The notes: generated by a model from the letters alone, not told the origin. Numbered from the stretch's first letter, positions 23,701 to 35,751 are shown. The stretch: DNA of 64,000 bases from Eutreptiella sp. 'Long Island Sound 2002' (GCA_964036045.1 OZ038378.1:7688001-7752000); one strand, 5' to 3'. Translations and numbers: made by a program.

Positions 23701-26249
23701 AGCCAAGCGACATCGGCTGGATGGGAACTTGCCTCGACAGTCAACTGATCTTCCCCAGATGGTTATTGGGTGCATAGCGAGGAGGGGAGGGACGCGCATG
23801 ACAGGACCTCCCTGTTGTCGGAAGAAGGGGACGAGGGTAGTGGAGATGAGTCCGTGAGTGAGGGGAGTGCCGACACCGAGGGCGCTTTACCTTCTTCTAT
23901 GGATAGTGGTTCGAGCTCGGATGAATATGAGCAGTTCCCTCTCAGCTTCTAGGTGACGATGAACTTGGCCGCCGGAAGCGCCACAAGGGGTACGGGCACA
24001 TGACCTGACCCCTAGCCTCTCTCCTTTATGTATGTTATTGCTGCATTGCATTTGACCTCACTTTTGTTTGAACTCAAGAGTGCGTAGCCGGATCCTGTGA
24101 GCGGGGGTACCCGGTTGGCCAAACGGGGGTACCCGGTCAGCCAAGTATCCGTCTCTATGCCAAAAACACTGCACTGCGTCTTTGCTTGTTGCCTCAACTT
24201 CCGATGTACAACGGGGATAGAACGCAGCTCCGCTCGATTCAACATGCTCCCAACCTCCACTTCTTTGCTTATCCATTGGTCCACGATTTTCCAGCGTGGA
24301 CGCACCTGTGTGTAGCGGCAAAAGACCCTACAACAATCGAACGGTCAACTGTTCACGGCTTGAAAGCCAAAAGCTGAACAGTGATGGCTAAGAGACTCCA
24401 CACTTCACGTCTCGACGCTTTCCCACTTTTACTTTACTACGACCAAAGCGCGGGATTGATTGAGATTGAAAGAACCAACATGCATCCTCCACACACACAC
24501 ACACACACACACACGCGCGCGGTGATGTACACCAATGCGGTGATCTTTTGCAACGAACGATGCATCAAAATGTCCTATGTGCCCAACAAACCGTACGAGT
24601 CCGAGAACATTGACTCCGAACAACACCTTCATTCGCGCCTCTACTTCACGAACAACGGCCTCGGCTGCGAGTAGATCCGTTTGTGCATATGGCTGTCGAG
24701 TATAAGGATCAATCAACCGCACATCACTACGCCCGCATAAGCGGCACTACTCCACCCCTATTGTCGAATCCGGTCATGTCCTTAACCATGCATCATAAGA
24801 ATGTACGGTGTTTAAGAAACTCAAGTCAACCAAACCGTGACTGCCATACAAACCACGAAACTACCAAACTTTCTTTTCAAGATCTTGCGGCATCACGTTC
24901 GGGTCTATGTCCGTTCTGCGTCTCCCTATAAACATTTCATGGAAATAGAATATGCAAAACCCATTCGTTGCAATCGGCGCACCCTCTACTTCCGAGCATA
25001 CCGTGTAGTTATCAACACTTCACCATACGTGCATGAGATCCGCGTGCTTGTCGTTTCCTCTGGACATCGTCCTGCAGATCATCATCTTCTTCTTCATCAT
25101 GATGCTCCCAAAATGCATTGATCGATTCCTAATCCACGTCCTTCCATGATGCCGCAGAGCTCCTTCCCATTGACCATGTTGATTCGCCACCATCGGTTCC
25201 TAAAAAGAGGCATAGTTTACAAACTACCATTGAAGGCTTCTTATTCGGCGGACAATACACCTATTGTCATCTCCGACGACCTCTCACTACCAACAGCCGT
25301 TCACATACCATCATAGGGACACACCGCCGCTTCATATGCCCATTGCCACTTTTGAAATGCCTTAATGGCCTCTTCAACTGTTCGTAGTTTATCTACAAGT
25401 AACAATAAGCGAAGATATGCACAGCATATGGTAGCCTCATGAGAGGTCTCATCGACTCGGGACCCACCACAGCAGAGTATCTCCCAAAGGCCAAAAAAAG
25501 GCACAATTTGCTATGCCACCCACTCGCCATGAGCGCTTTCACCACCGTGCTCCGTGTCTTCAACGGCAGCCATAGGTTCATCATCTCTTGCATCTCCTTC
25601 ACCGAGCTGAGTTCTTCGTGCTGTAGGCACATTTGCATCATCGTTTGCACCCCTACCACTTTCAACATCCCTCCACATTGTCTTCTACGTGTGGCTTCTC
25701 AAGACAGCGAGATTCGTCTACCATCAAAGCTGTGGAACGTTGACGGTGCCTCTTTGCCCTAGCGCGAGCTGGATGGTACGTTGTATCCTCCTTCTTTTTT
25801 TTGTTTTGCTAGCATGTTTGATAGAAAACTATGCATAAAGTATGCAGAGTTGGGAACTCGACCGATCTAACAACATGTCTTGTACTTATACCATTCATAT
25901 GCGCAATTCTGTTACAAGATGGATAGCACCATCACCCTTCACTGATGCGTTGGACTGTGTATGCATTGGTTGCGGAGACGTGGAATATTCATGGCCATTG
26001 AAACTTTTATTGACATCACACAACTAACATCACACACAACCGCTACATTCGTAATTTGCAATGTGTTACACGGCTTTGCAATGTCCATTACTAGAATGCC
26101 TATCATCGACTTGGAATATCGATGACTATCATGGGTCATAGTGTTCCGTTCATTGGGTTGGTGCCGCTCATTTTCCTCACCCATCCACTTGTTTCTACAA
26201 AGCCCGACAATCACCCATTCTTCCTCGTAATTCTGGGCAACTGCACATG

Positions 26250-26480
26250 ATGTGAAAAACTTGCACGCGGTAGGAGGAAGTTGTTTCCACCAAAATACCC
26301 AATCAACCATCTATTCGGACGATAATCCGTATGTTGCTGCATCCATGGACCTCAAAATAGAAACAGGCGGTTTTTTCCGGCATGTGACGTGAAAAACTGG
26401 CACCTGGTAGGAGGACACTTTTTCCACCAAAATACACAATCAAACATCTATTTCGATAATAACCCGTCTGTAGCCTCCTA
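26250..26480. repeat. 137-bp-period tandem duplication
   Basis: GTGAAAAAC.GGCAC..GGTAGGAGGA...TTTCCACCAAAATAC.CAATCAA.CATCTATT occurs at ~26252 and ~26389. Confidence 0.85.
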
Positions 26481-26989
26481 CATTTGATTCATCGCCTCTG
26501 GCAACCTGATAACAACGGGGAGGGGGGGGTTACACAACAATAGGCACAACCAGAAATTTTCCCCGTGCTCTTTCATGGCAACTTGATGGCAACCGGGAGG
26601 AGGTTGGTTACGCAACAACAGGCGTAGGCGAAAAAATTTCCCTTACTCGTTCGTAAAACCACCCATTTCCCCCCCCGTACCAACAGGAATTCCCTTCCAT
26701 GGTCCTCATGCTCGCTACTGCCACATGTCCCACTGCGTTTGAGAACAAAGAAAATGGTACGAGTGGGGGCCGTTCCAATCCATGACAACACAAATGGGCA
26801 ATTTGCACCGAGACTCCACTTTTTTGTACAATTTTCATGCACCGAGAGGCAAAAGCGTTAGATATCAATTGTAACTTCTAACAAACTATCCACAGCCACC
26901 GAATCTTAATACCTACCACACTGCGACCGGGGACCTAGGAATAAAGGGGTACGATCCCTTTGCTACCTGTGACACACAAAAAAACAACA

Positions 26990-29900
26990 ACCACTTTGCC
27001 CATAAAATGCATCTTTTCCGGCATTTTTCATGGGAAAAAGCAGCACCTTTTCGACAAGAAAGCTCAAATCTGCCCGTCTGTTGGCATTTCTGGTCTTCGA
27101 CACCCGCGTCACTGCGGCTGGAAATGGAAAAAATAGGGGGATGGGGTAACATCCCCATTGGTGCGTGTGATCCGCCAAAAAACACCCTTTTTGCTCCCAA
27201 GATGCACTTTGCACAGCACTTTTCATGAGAAACATGAGCAACTTTCTGACAAGAATGATGAAAATGCCCCGTCTGTTGCCATTTCTAGCCCTCAACGCCT
27301 CACTGCGTGCAGAGACCCTGAAAAACGGGAATAGGATCCCATTCCCACCGGTGAAACGGCAAAAACACCCATTTGGGCCTTCCAAAGCACTTTTCATGCA
27401 AAATATGGGCAACTTTTGAACAGAATGCTGAAATCTGCCTGTCTATCGGCATTTGTGGCCCTCAACACCTGCCTCATTGCAATCGAGCACCCAAAAACAT
27501 TGGGTTAGGGTCCTGTTCCTACCAGTGGAATGCCAAAAAATAACCATTTTACCCCCGAAAAACACTTTTTCGGACACTTTTCATGCAAAAAAAGTGGGGG
27601 GGGGCAAGTTTCTGACAATGGCGAATCTGCCCATCTATCTGCATTTTTCAGCCCCATCACCTACTTCACCGCGACTGGGGACCCACAAACAGGGGAGTGC
27701 TGTCCCATTCCTATCCACGAAATCCAAAATAGGCGCATTTTCCTCCCAAATTGCACTCCTTGTGGCATCTTTTCATGTAAAAAACAAAACCGCAGTTTTG
27801 TTAACCATAAATCTAAAATCCGCCTGTCTACCCTCATTTCTGTGCTTCAAATTCTGCTTCATCGCGCTTGAGGAGAGAAAAAAGAGTTGATAAGGTCCCA
27901 TTCCTATCCATGGAACCCAAAACAGCCATTTCTTCTCCCCCAAAAAAACATTGTTAGGGCGCTTTTGAGGCAAAAACCGCAAATTTTTCAACCAAAAATC
28001 GGAAATCCGCCTATCCAGCAGCATTTTTGGGCCTCACCACGTCCTTCCTTGGAACCAGGGACCCAAAGGACGGGAGCTGGGGTTCCATTCCTACCCATGA
28101 AACCTAAAACAGGCGCATTTTCCCCGAAAAAGGCACTTTTTTGGGGGCACTTTTCATGCAAAAACCGCAACTTTTCCGACCAGAAATGTGCAATCTGCCC
28201 GTCAACCTGCATTTCTGGGCTTCAACGCCTCCTTCAGCGCAACTGAGGACCAAAAAACGGGGGGGGGGGGGTCCTATTCCTACCCGTGGAACCCAGAACA
28301 GCCCCCCCCCCCCCCCCAATGCACTTTTTCGAGGACTTTTCATGTAAAAACCGCACATTTTTCGATCAGAAATCTGCAATCTGCCCGTCGTCCTGCATTT
28401 CTGGGCTTCAATGCGTGACCAGGGACCCAAAAATAGGGGGTGGGGTCCCATTGCTACCCGTGAAACCCAAAACAGGCACATTTCCCCCCAAAATTGCGCT
28501 TTTTCGAGCACTTTTCACGCAAAAACCGCAGGTTTTCTGACCAGATATCTGCAATCTGCCCATCGACCAGCATTTCTATTTCTGGGCCTCAATACCTGCT
28601 TCACTGCGACCGGGGACCAAAAATAGGGGGATGGGGTCCCATTCCTACCCGGGAAAACCCAAAACATGCACATTCTCCCCCAGAAATGCACTTTTTTGGG
28701 CACTTTTCATACAAAAACCACAAAATTTCCGACCAGAATTCTGCATTCTGCCCATCCAGCCGCATTTCTGGGCCCCCACACCCGCTTCACCGCAGCCGTG
28801 GACCTAAAACTACGGGGGTGGGGTCCCATTCCTACGCTTCAAACCCAAAACTGACTCCCCCCCTCAAAATGCACTTCTTCGGGCACTGTTCATGCAAAAG
28901 CCATAGATTTTCCTACCAGATATCTGCAACCTGCCCGTCGACCGGCATTTCTGGGCCTCAACACTTGCTTCCCCGCAATTGGGTCCCCAAAAAAGGGGGT
29001 GGGGTCCCATTCCTACCCATGCAACCCAAAACAGACACATTTTGCACTTGCACTTGCAAAATGCACTTTTCCGCGCACTTTTCATGCAAAAACCACAAAT
29101 TTTCCAACCAGAAATCTGCAACCTGCCTGTCTACCCACATTCCTGCCTCACTGCGTCCGAGAACCCAAAACTGGGGGGGGGGTCCCATTTGTATCCGTGA
29201 AACCCAAAACAGGCGCATTTCCCCCCAGAAATGCACTTTTTTCGGGCACTTTTCATGCAAAAACCACAAAATTTCCGACTGGAAATCTGCAACTTGCACG
29301 TCTACCCGCATTTCTGGGGCTGAGCACCTCCCTCACCGCATCCGGGGACCCAGAAATAGGGGGTGGGGTTCCATTCCTACCCATGAAAACCCAAACCGGG
29401 CGCATTTTCCCAAAAAAATGCACTTTTTTTTTGGGCACTTTCCATGCAAAAATCGCAATTTCCGACCAGAAATCTGCAATCTCCTTGCCTAGCCACATTT
29501 CTGGGGCTCAACACCTCCTTCACCGCGTTCGGGGAGCCAAAAATAGGGGGACATGGTTCGATTCCTACACGGGAAACCCAAAAAAAAATGCATTTTCCCC
29601 GGAAAAAATGCACTTTTTCGAGCACTTTTCATGCCAAAACCATAAATTTTCTGACCAGAAATCTGCAACGTGCCCTTCTACCCACGTTTCTGGGTCTCAA
29701 CACCTGCTTCACCGCATCTAGGGACCTAAAAATAGGGGGATACGGTTCGATTTCTACCCATTAAAAACCAAAACAGGGGCATTTTCCTCCAAAGTTGCAC
29801 TTTTTCGGGCACTTTTCATGCAAAAAGCACAAATTTTCCGACCAGAAATCTGCATCCTGCCCGTCTACCCGCGTTTCTGGGGCTCACCACCTGCTTCATC

Positions 29901-30485
29901 GCGACCGGGGACCCAAAAATTGGGGGTTGGGGTCCCATTCCTACGTGTTAAAACGCAAAAGAGGCGCATTTCCCCCTAAAAATGCACTTGTTCGGGCATT
30001 TTTCATGCAAAAACCGCAAATTTTCCAACCAGAATTCTGCAATCTGCCCGCCGAACCGCATTTCTCGGTCTCAACACCTGCTTCACCGCATCCGGGCACC
30101 CAAAGGTAGGGTGGTGTGGTTCCATTCCTACCCATGAAACCCAAAACAAGAGCATTTTCCTCCAAAAATGCACTTTTCCGGGCACTCTTATGCATGAACC
30201 GCATATTTCCGAACCAGAAATCTGACCTATTTTTTGGTTGCCAGCCGTAGGTGGGGACATTTTGAGGGTAACACATGCAGATATACGGGCAACATTCACA
30301 ACTCTTGCCCAAGGAAACTAATATTGTTGGATGAAAAGTGTCCGAAAAAGTGCATTTTGAGTTGAAAGTGCGCCTAATCTGGCTTTCATGGGTAGGAATG
30401 CGACCCCCACACCCCGTTTTGGGTCCGCAGTCGCAGTGAAGCATGCATTGAGGCTCAGAAATGCGGGTACAAGGGCAGATTTGGG
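26990..30485. repeat. ~185-bp satellite array, ~18 direct units plus one terminal inverted unit (30331-30485)
   Basis: The anchor GCACTTTTCATGCAAAAACC recurs at ~28146, 28335, 28507, 28699, 28880, 29074, 29245, 29435, 29619, 29808, 29996 and 30180 (spacing ~170-195 bp). Units left of ~28100 are more degenerate. Confidence 0.93.
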
Positions 30486-31099
30486 AATTTCAACATCAGA
30501 ACATTTTGTTCACTGGACGTCACTCATCCGGATGGGGGGGGAGGGGGGGGGTTCCCTAACACGCCAACCATAGAACGAGCAAGCCATCACATTCCATGAT
30601 ATTGTACGCTAGGACCCACAATAGCCACAATAGGCCACCGTCCATGATAGCCATGAATATTTGGTAGCCACGATAGTCGAATATCCATGATTGTCAAATG
30701 TACTTTGTGTCCATAATGCCCAAACATTTCATCGTCAAGTATCATGACCATGCATAACATTCACTGAGAAACGGTACAGCAAGAGGGGAGCAACTGTTGA
30801 TCTACCTTAATACCATTCCGCAATCAAACCTTAACTCAGTTTTCTAGACGTCACTACGATTCCTTTCACTTAGTATATTTCTTCAATACAGTTCCCCATC
30901 GTCATTCGCCTCCTTCCACACCTATCCGGTTACCATGCGCGCAGCACCACGTAGCAACACATCATAACACAAATCAAAACACAATTTTGGCCCGCCATGC
31001 AATTGTTCTATCCAAGCATGCCAACTTGTGTGCACCAAATGGATCCCCAACGGGGTTCTTGGACATGACAACATTGATGACCTCAGTGCCATCATCCGG

Positions 31100-31735
31100 C
31101 TTCACCCCCCTCCTCCTTGATAGCACGTGACCGTGGCTGCTTCTTCTACCTTTCCATCGCCAACTCCACCGCGGCCTCCTCCACCTTTAGCCTGGCCTCC
31201 GACGCCTCCCGCTCCCGCCGCGCTTCCGCTAGCAGTGTCTCTCTCAGCTCCCCTTCCCTCTTCAAATACCCCCTCATTGTCTCCCACTTTCATACCCACC
31301 TCCGTGCCTCCTCTCCATGCTTCCATTCGGCCTTACTCAACCTATCGTTCAACACTGCGTTCTCCTTCTTTACCTCCTGCAACGCACCATCCTTAACCGC
31401 CAACTTCCTCTCAAACAACCTCCGCCGCATGTCAGCACACTAGCACACTCCCTCTCTGCTTGCCATGCCTCCTCTGTCAGTCTCTTATTCTCCTCCCACA
31501 AATGGTGCTCCCAATCCTCCTCAAGAGGTACCTTTCGCTTCCTATACACATCATGTGCACCAAGATTACGTCGGCACTGATAACACCAATAACACCCACT
31601 CCCACTTTCTTTGGCCCACCTATCACAACCCTTGCAATAGAAGTAGGACATCACAAGATAGCAAGTCACAACAACTCTGTACATTGGTGATAGTGCCGCA
31701 TAGCCCACATCCACACCAACACATTCCCAGTGCAC
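31100..31735 (-). pseudogene. Decayed ORF with a Cys-rich zinc-finger-like motif followed by a coiled coil
   Basis: YFYCKGCDRWAKESGSGCYWCYQCRRNLGAHDVYRKRK (CxxC...CxxC), then E/K/R-rich helical sequence continuing in a shifted frame (RRRLFERKLAVKDGALQEVKKENAVLNDRL). Confidence 0.45.
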
Positions 31736-32823
31736 CTACACACTTCACTTCCCCCCGCCATCCATCTCCACTTTCACCCGCCATCCATCTCCACATGTGT
31801 ACCTCTCCATACCACTTATCTCTACCGCACAAGCACCAAGTCAACAGCAACAACAACTTGCAACATCATATTCACCCTGCCATTCAATGTTCCTCCGGAC
31901 AACCTTTGATCAACCAGGTTCTCACCATGCACCGCATCCACTCCAACCATAAGAGGCCAGGGTGGGCGCTGCACTGCAGCTGGAACAAATCGGGGTCTTT
32001 GTGCCCTGAAACACAAATACCACCCATATCCGTTGAAACACCAATGGTTACCTTGAAAAATAGCCTCCTTGCACCTTCCAAACCGAAAGAGGTGGGGTAG
32101 AGTTGAGCAAATTTCAGGTTTTGGGGTCCGGAAAAAAATTTGGTGCAAATTTTTTCCCGGACCCTCCCCCCCCTCCTCCGGGGGTCCCCCCCCGAAAAAA
32201 AGGCTGTGTGCTGGTACCAGGAAATTTTTCATTCTACCACCCCCCCTGACCTAGTACCATCCCAAGGAAGACACTTACAGCAAATGTCACCGAGGAAGTG
32301 ACGGAGGCACTTGCTACGGGGTTTTTTAGGCTTTGCGCAAAAGGAGCGACTATGGAGAGCGGGAACACCAGTTTAACAAGGAATATGTCGGACAACTTCG
32401 CCACGAGCAAAAGGTGAAAAGGGCGCAAGAGTTGAAGGAAGCAGTTGCCAAGTCTGAACGTGTTGATGGTGAAGGAAATGGGAAGAAAAATGCAAAGAAG
32501 AAGAGGACAAGGACCGAAGAGGTCGCCGATGGAGGAACCGCCAAACGGACCAAAACCGCCGCAAAAGAAAGTGACAAGGGCACTCCCGCAACGGCAACAA
32601 AGACAACGCCCCGAAAGAATCCCTCGCCAACATCCACAAGTGCCCGAGCCATGGTGGTGCCACGCCCACACTTTCATTGCCAGGTACGTCAAGAAATGGA
32701 AGTAACGTGAGCTTGATGGAGATGACGGGGAACCTTGACAAAGAGCAAGTGAACGTGGAGTGGAGTGGGAAGGCAACGCATGCAATGACGTACGAAAAGC
32801 GCCATCCGGAGGAACACACAACA

Positions 32824-34254
32824 CACCCTTGAATTAAACGCTGGCCGGGTCGCTGGCCGAATGGCAAATTTACGCGTAAATGCGTAAATTTTACGAAAAC
32901 GGCCACTTTTTGGGCCACCGCAGTGTATATAGGTGTAAATTCGGTGTAAATTGGTGTAAATTGCTATTTTTGCACCATTTCATGATGGAATTGACCTTCT
33001 TTGTCTTGCAAGTTGCGTGCTTTTTGTCATTTTGTTCACATTGTTGCCATTCATACATGGTTGTCCAGGCAAGTTTCCCGCGCGTGGTGAGGTAGGGTAA
33101 TCTATGCATAGGCGAATGGTTAAGAGCAAAGCTTGGGGGTAGAAGAGGGTTGGTGACAGGGGTGGCCTCCTCCCCAAACTTGGTGGCACAACAACGTTGG
33201 TATCAACGGGTGGGGTAGACTAATGGAAAATGCTTGTAAAGAAGAGACGAATAATTGTAGAGTAGAAAAATGTCGGTGGTAGGGGTGGCCTCCTCCCCAG
33301 ACTTGGGGGCACAACAAGGTTGCTTACAAGAGTGTGCTTCTTTCCCATGCGTTGTTGTTGCATTCCCCCCCTCTTTCTTTTGATTAGTCTTGACATGGGT
33401 TCTGCCGCCGGGCAATGGTGCCCACGCACAATACAATGTAACGCATTTGCAATTAACATATCCCGTGCATTGGACAATGTGTATTGCTTGGGATGCGGGT
33501 GTCCATGCCATGCCACATTTGTGTTGCAAGTGGGGAATTGGAAAGAAACGGTACCCATCCAGAGTTGTAAAAAAAAAACCCGGCGATGCCCAGATGACAA
33601 TCAGGTAAAAAACAGCACCCATCCGGAGTTGAAAAAAAATAAACAGCGATGGCCACGTGACAATTAGGAGTAAACAGCACTCATCCAGAGTTGTAAAAAA
33701 AACAAACATGGATGTCCAGATGACAATGAGAAACAAACAGCACCCATGCAAAGTTGTGAAAAAATAAACAGCGGTGGACATATGAGAATCAGGAATAGAC
33801 AGCACCAATGCAGAGTTGTAAAAAAATAACAACAGGGATGACCAGTTAACAATCAGAAATAACCAGCACCCATCTAGAGTTGTAAAAATTTAAAAAGTGA
33901 AGACCAAATAACCATAAGGAATAAACAGCACCCATCCAGAGTTGTGAAAAAAATAAGCAGTGATGTTCATGTGACGATGCGGAATAAACAGCACACGTCC
34001 AGAGTTGTCAAAAAACAGCATTCAAGCAGAGTGGTGTTAGTGGTGTCTAGGTCATATGCATGAATGACTAATTGTGTCTTATGAAGCATTTGGGGAATGG
34101 GTAGGAAGAAGGAAGCATGAAACAAGTAAAAAGGTACAATTTTTTTTTTGGATTTCTCTCAAAAAAAGGTGGAATTTACAACAAAATTTACAACAATTTA
34201 CAGTCTACTGGCCGCTGGCCGAAAAGCCTTGGGCCAGTGTTTATTTTAAGGGTG
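32824..34254. mobile_element. Non-autonomous TIR DNA transposon, 1431 bp, with a perfect 8-bp TSD ACACAACA (hAT- or P-like)
   Basis: Left TIR CACCCTTGAATTAAACGCTGGCC versus reverse complement of the right end CACCCTTAAAATAAACACTGGCC. ACACAACA lies at 32816-32823 and 34255-34262. Subterminal TGTAAATT sub-repeats are inverted at both ends. No transposase ORF inside. Confidence 0.9.
33550..34020. repeat. ~63-bp tandem repeat x8 inside the 8-bp-TSD element
   Basis: AGCACCCATCCAGAGTTG variants at ~33553, 33614, 33676, 33739, 33801, 33866, 33928 and 33991. Confidence 0.9.
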
Positions 34255-34784
34255 ACACAACAGACGGTGGAAGTGCGGATGCTACGGACACCGAGCACGT
34301 GGCGGCATGGCGGAATCGGCGACACACCAAACCAAAGAGTTACAATCAAAATCTCAATGTGAAGCAAATCCGGATTCCGAAGAAAGGCAAAACAAGGAGA
34401 AAGGTCGGCGGCCCAAGAGTCGGGGAATGTCGGCGGAAGAGATCAATGACATCATTTTGCAAGTGGCATGCAAGGGCACCTCCGTCGCCCCGGTCCTGAC
34501 TGATGCCGTCAGCCTCCTTATGGACCATGGGACCATGTCCTGCCTCGTGTCTGGACTCAACTCAGCCGCCACGTAAGATGAGGGAGAGGATGAGCCAGAC
34601 GTGTGTCCTCTGATGTTTGATTCCAAAAATTTTCTCGGTAACCATCTGGTAAGAGGGCATCACCAGCATGCTTGGGGCTTGATCCCCAGAAGAAGGAAAT
34701 AGTTTTGGGCTGGCAGCGAAGTAGGCAGCACTTTCCTGCAATGTCCATCATCATGGAACACCGGGTTCTCTGTAATATGATGGC

Positions 34785-34804
34785 TCCCCTTGACGTTTGC
34801 ACAG
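34785..34804 (+). promoter_or_regulatory. Candidate spliced-leader trans-splice acceptor for the GNAT gene
   Basis: Pyrimidine-rich CTCCCCTTGACGTTTGCACAG, ending 26 nt before the ATG at 34831. Inference only. Confidence 0.35.
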
Positions 34805-34830
34805 ACACAAATCTTCTGCTCATCACGTTG

Positions 34831-35751
34831 ATGCAACCCCTTGGCGCGTCTCTGCCAGCCACTGCGGTGTGTCCCACGTGGCAAGGCAGGCGAGTCGCCC
34901 TTCTCATCGTGTGCCTGTCCATAGCGCTGGCCATCGGCGTCACACTGGCGGCTTCATGGGGGGGTCTGGCGCAGACGCGGGGCGGTGTCGAAGTCCTCAC
35001 CCTCTCCAAGCCCCTGCGCACTGCGCGCCCCGGCTCCGTAACTGTCTCCGCCACCAGACGTCATCCGCCCCCGGCACTTCATGTGCCGTGGCCGAGGCTT
35101 CACTCTGCGGCGGTCCTTCCGCTGCCACCGCCTGAGGTCGCTTCCCTCAGGGCCGGACTACCCCGCAGCCCGCATGGGACCCCCGCTCTTGTTGTGGGCG
35201 GTGCGGCGGTTGTGGCAGGTGTTGTCGTGGCGTTCCTGCGGGGCCCACGCTCAGCGCTCGCTAGCGCCTCGGGCGAGGCCGGCGGTGAGCCTGCGGTGCG
35301 CCTGCGACCCGCCACGGCGCAGGACCTCCCGGCGATCTTCCAGGCGATGGCGTCGGAGAAGATGAACCCGCTGTTCCTCAAGCCAAAGCAGTTTGTCGTC
35401 GCAGAGACGGCGGTGGACGGTCAGTTCGTGGGATGTGGGCAGATCCGGCCCATCACCGCCACGGAATCGGAGTTGGCCAGTCTGTACGTCGTGCCGGACT
35501 GGCGCGGGCGCGGCGTCGGGGGGCGCATTGTGGGGCAGCTGCTGGCCTCCTTCGTGTCGGGCGGTGGGAGGCCCGCGTCGCTGTACCTGCTGACGTTGGC
35601 CCGCACGACGCCGTTCTATGAGCCCTGGGGCTTTGAGGAGGTGGCGCCCGAGGCCCTGCCGGGGCCCATGCGGGGGGAGTTCGCCGTGGGCCGCGTGGTG
35701 ACCCGGGCCCTCGGGGAGACGCTCGTGGGCATGCGGTGCGTGCGGGGCTGA
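34831..35751 (+). CDS. Plastid-targeted GNAT-family N-acetyltransferase (short ArgA-like), ~306 aa, single exon
   Basis: GC-rich ORF. Tripartite leader: TM1 RVALLIVCLSIALAIGVTLAASW, an S/T/P/R-rich transit region, then TM2 PALVVGGAAVVAGVVVAFL followed by RGPRS. GNAT core: VRLRPATAQD, VGCGQIRP, ELASLYVVPDWRGRGVGGRIV (acetyl-CoA R-G-G-G loop), LYLLT, FYEPWGF. The start ATG is inferred; upstream in-frame ATGs exist. Confidence 0.9.
   Translation: MQPLGASLPATAVCPTWQGRRVALLIVCLSIALAIGVTLAASWGGLAQTRGGVEVLTLSKPLRTARPGSVTVSATRRHPPPALHVPWPRLHSAAVLPLPPPEVASLRAGLPRSPHGTPALVVGGAAVVAGVVVAFLRGPRSALASASGEAGGEPAVRLRPATAQDLPAIFQAMASEKMNPLFLKPKQFVVAETAVDGQFVGCGQIRPITATESELASLYVVPDWRGRGVGGRIVGQLLASFVSGGGRPASLYLLTLARTTPFYEPWGFEEVAPEALPGPMRGEFAVGRVVTRALGETLVGMRCVRG

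Larger units (their letters stand above)
14500..25760 (-). mobile_element. Large decayed Helitron-like element (unknown ORFs - USP - Rep - helicase, all on the minus strand); termini not resolved
   Basis: Co-oriented ORF remnants at 25393-25668, 25301-25504, 24429-24722, 22072-22584, then USP and RepHel. No convincing TC.../CTRR-hairpin termini were found by eye. Confidence 0.55.
32333..34576 (+). pseudogene. Decayed K/E-rich ORF split by the 8-bp-TSD transposon
   Basis: Removing 32824-34254 and one TSD joins ...MTYEKRHPEEHTT to DGGSADATDTEHVAAW... in frame. The upstream part (FNKEYVGQLRHEQKVKRAQELKEAV) is frameshifted relative to it. Family not recognised. Confidence 0.4.

Noticed and set aside
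5450-26000. Polinton/virophage or giant-virus endogenous element
   Set aside because: No pPolB, packaging ATPase, capsid or integrase motif was recognised, whereas HUH Rep + PIF1 motifs are present.
26990-30485. CRISPR-like array or repeat-protein ORFs (e.g. 28494..29492)
   Set aside because: The whole ~185-bp unit is repeated with no unique spacers, there are no cas genes, and the context is eukaryotic. The ORFs shift frame between units.
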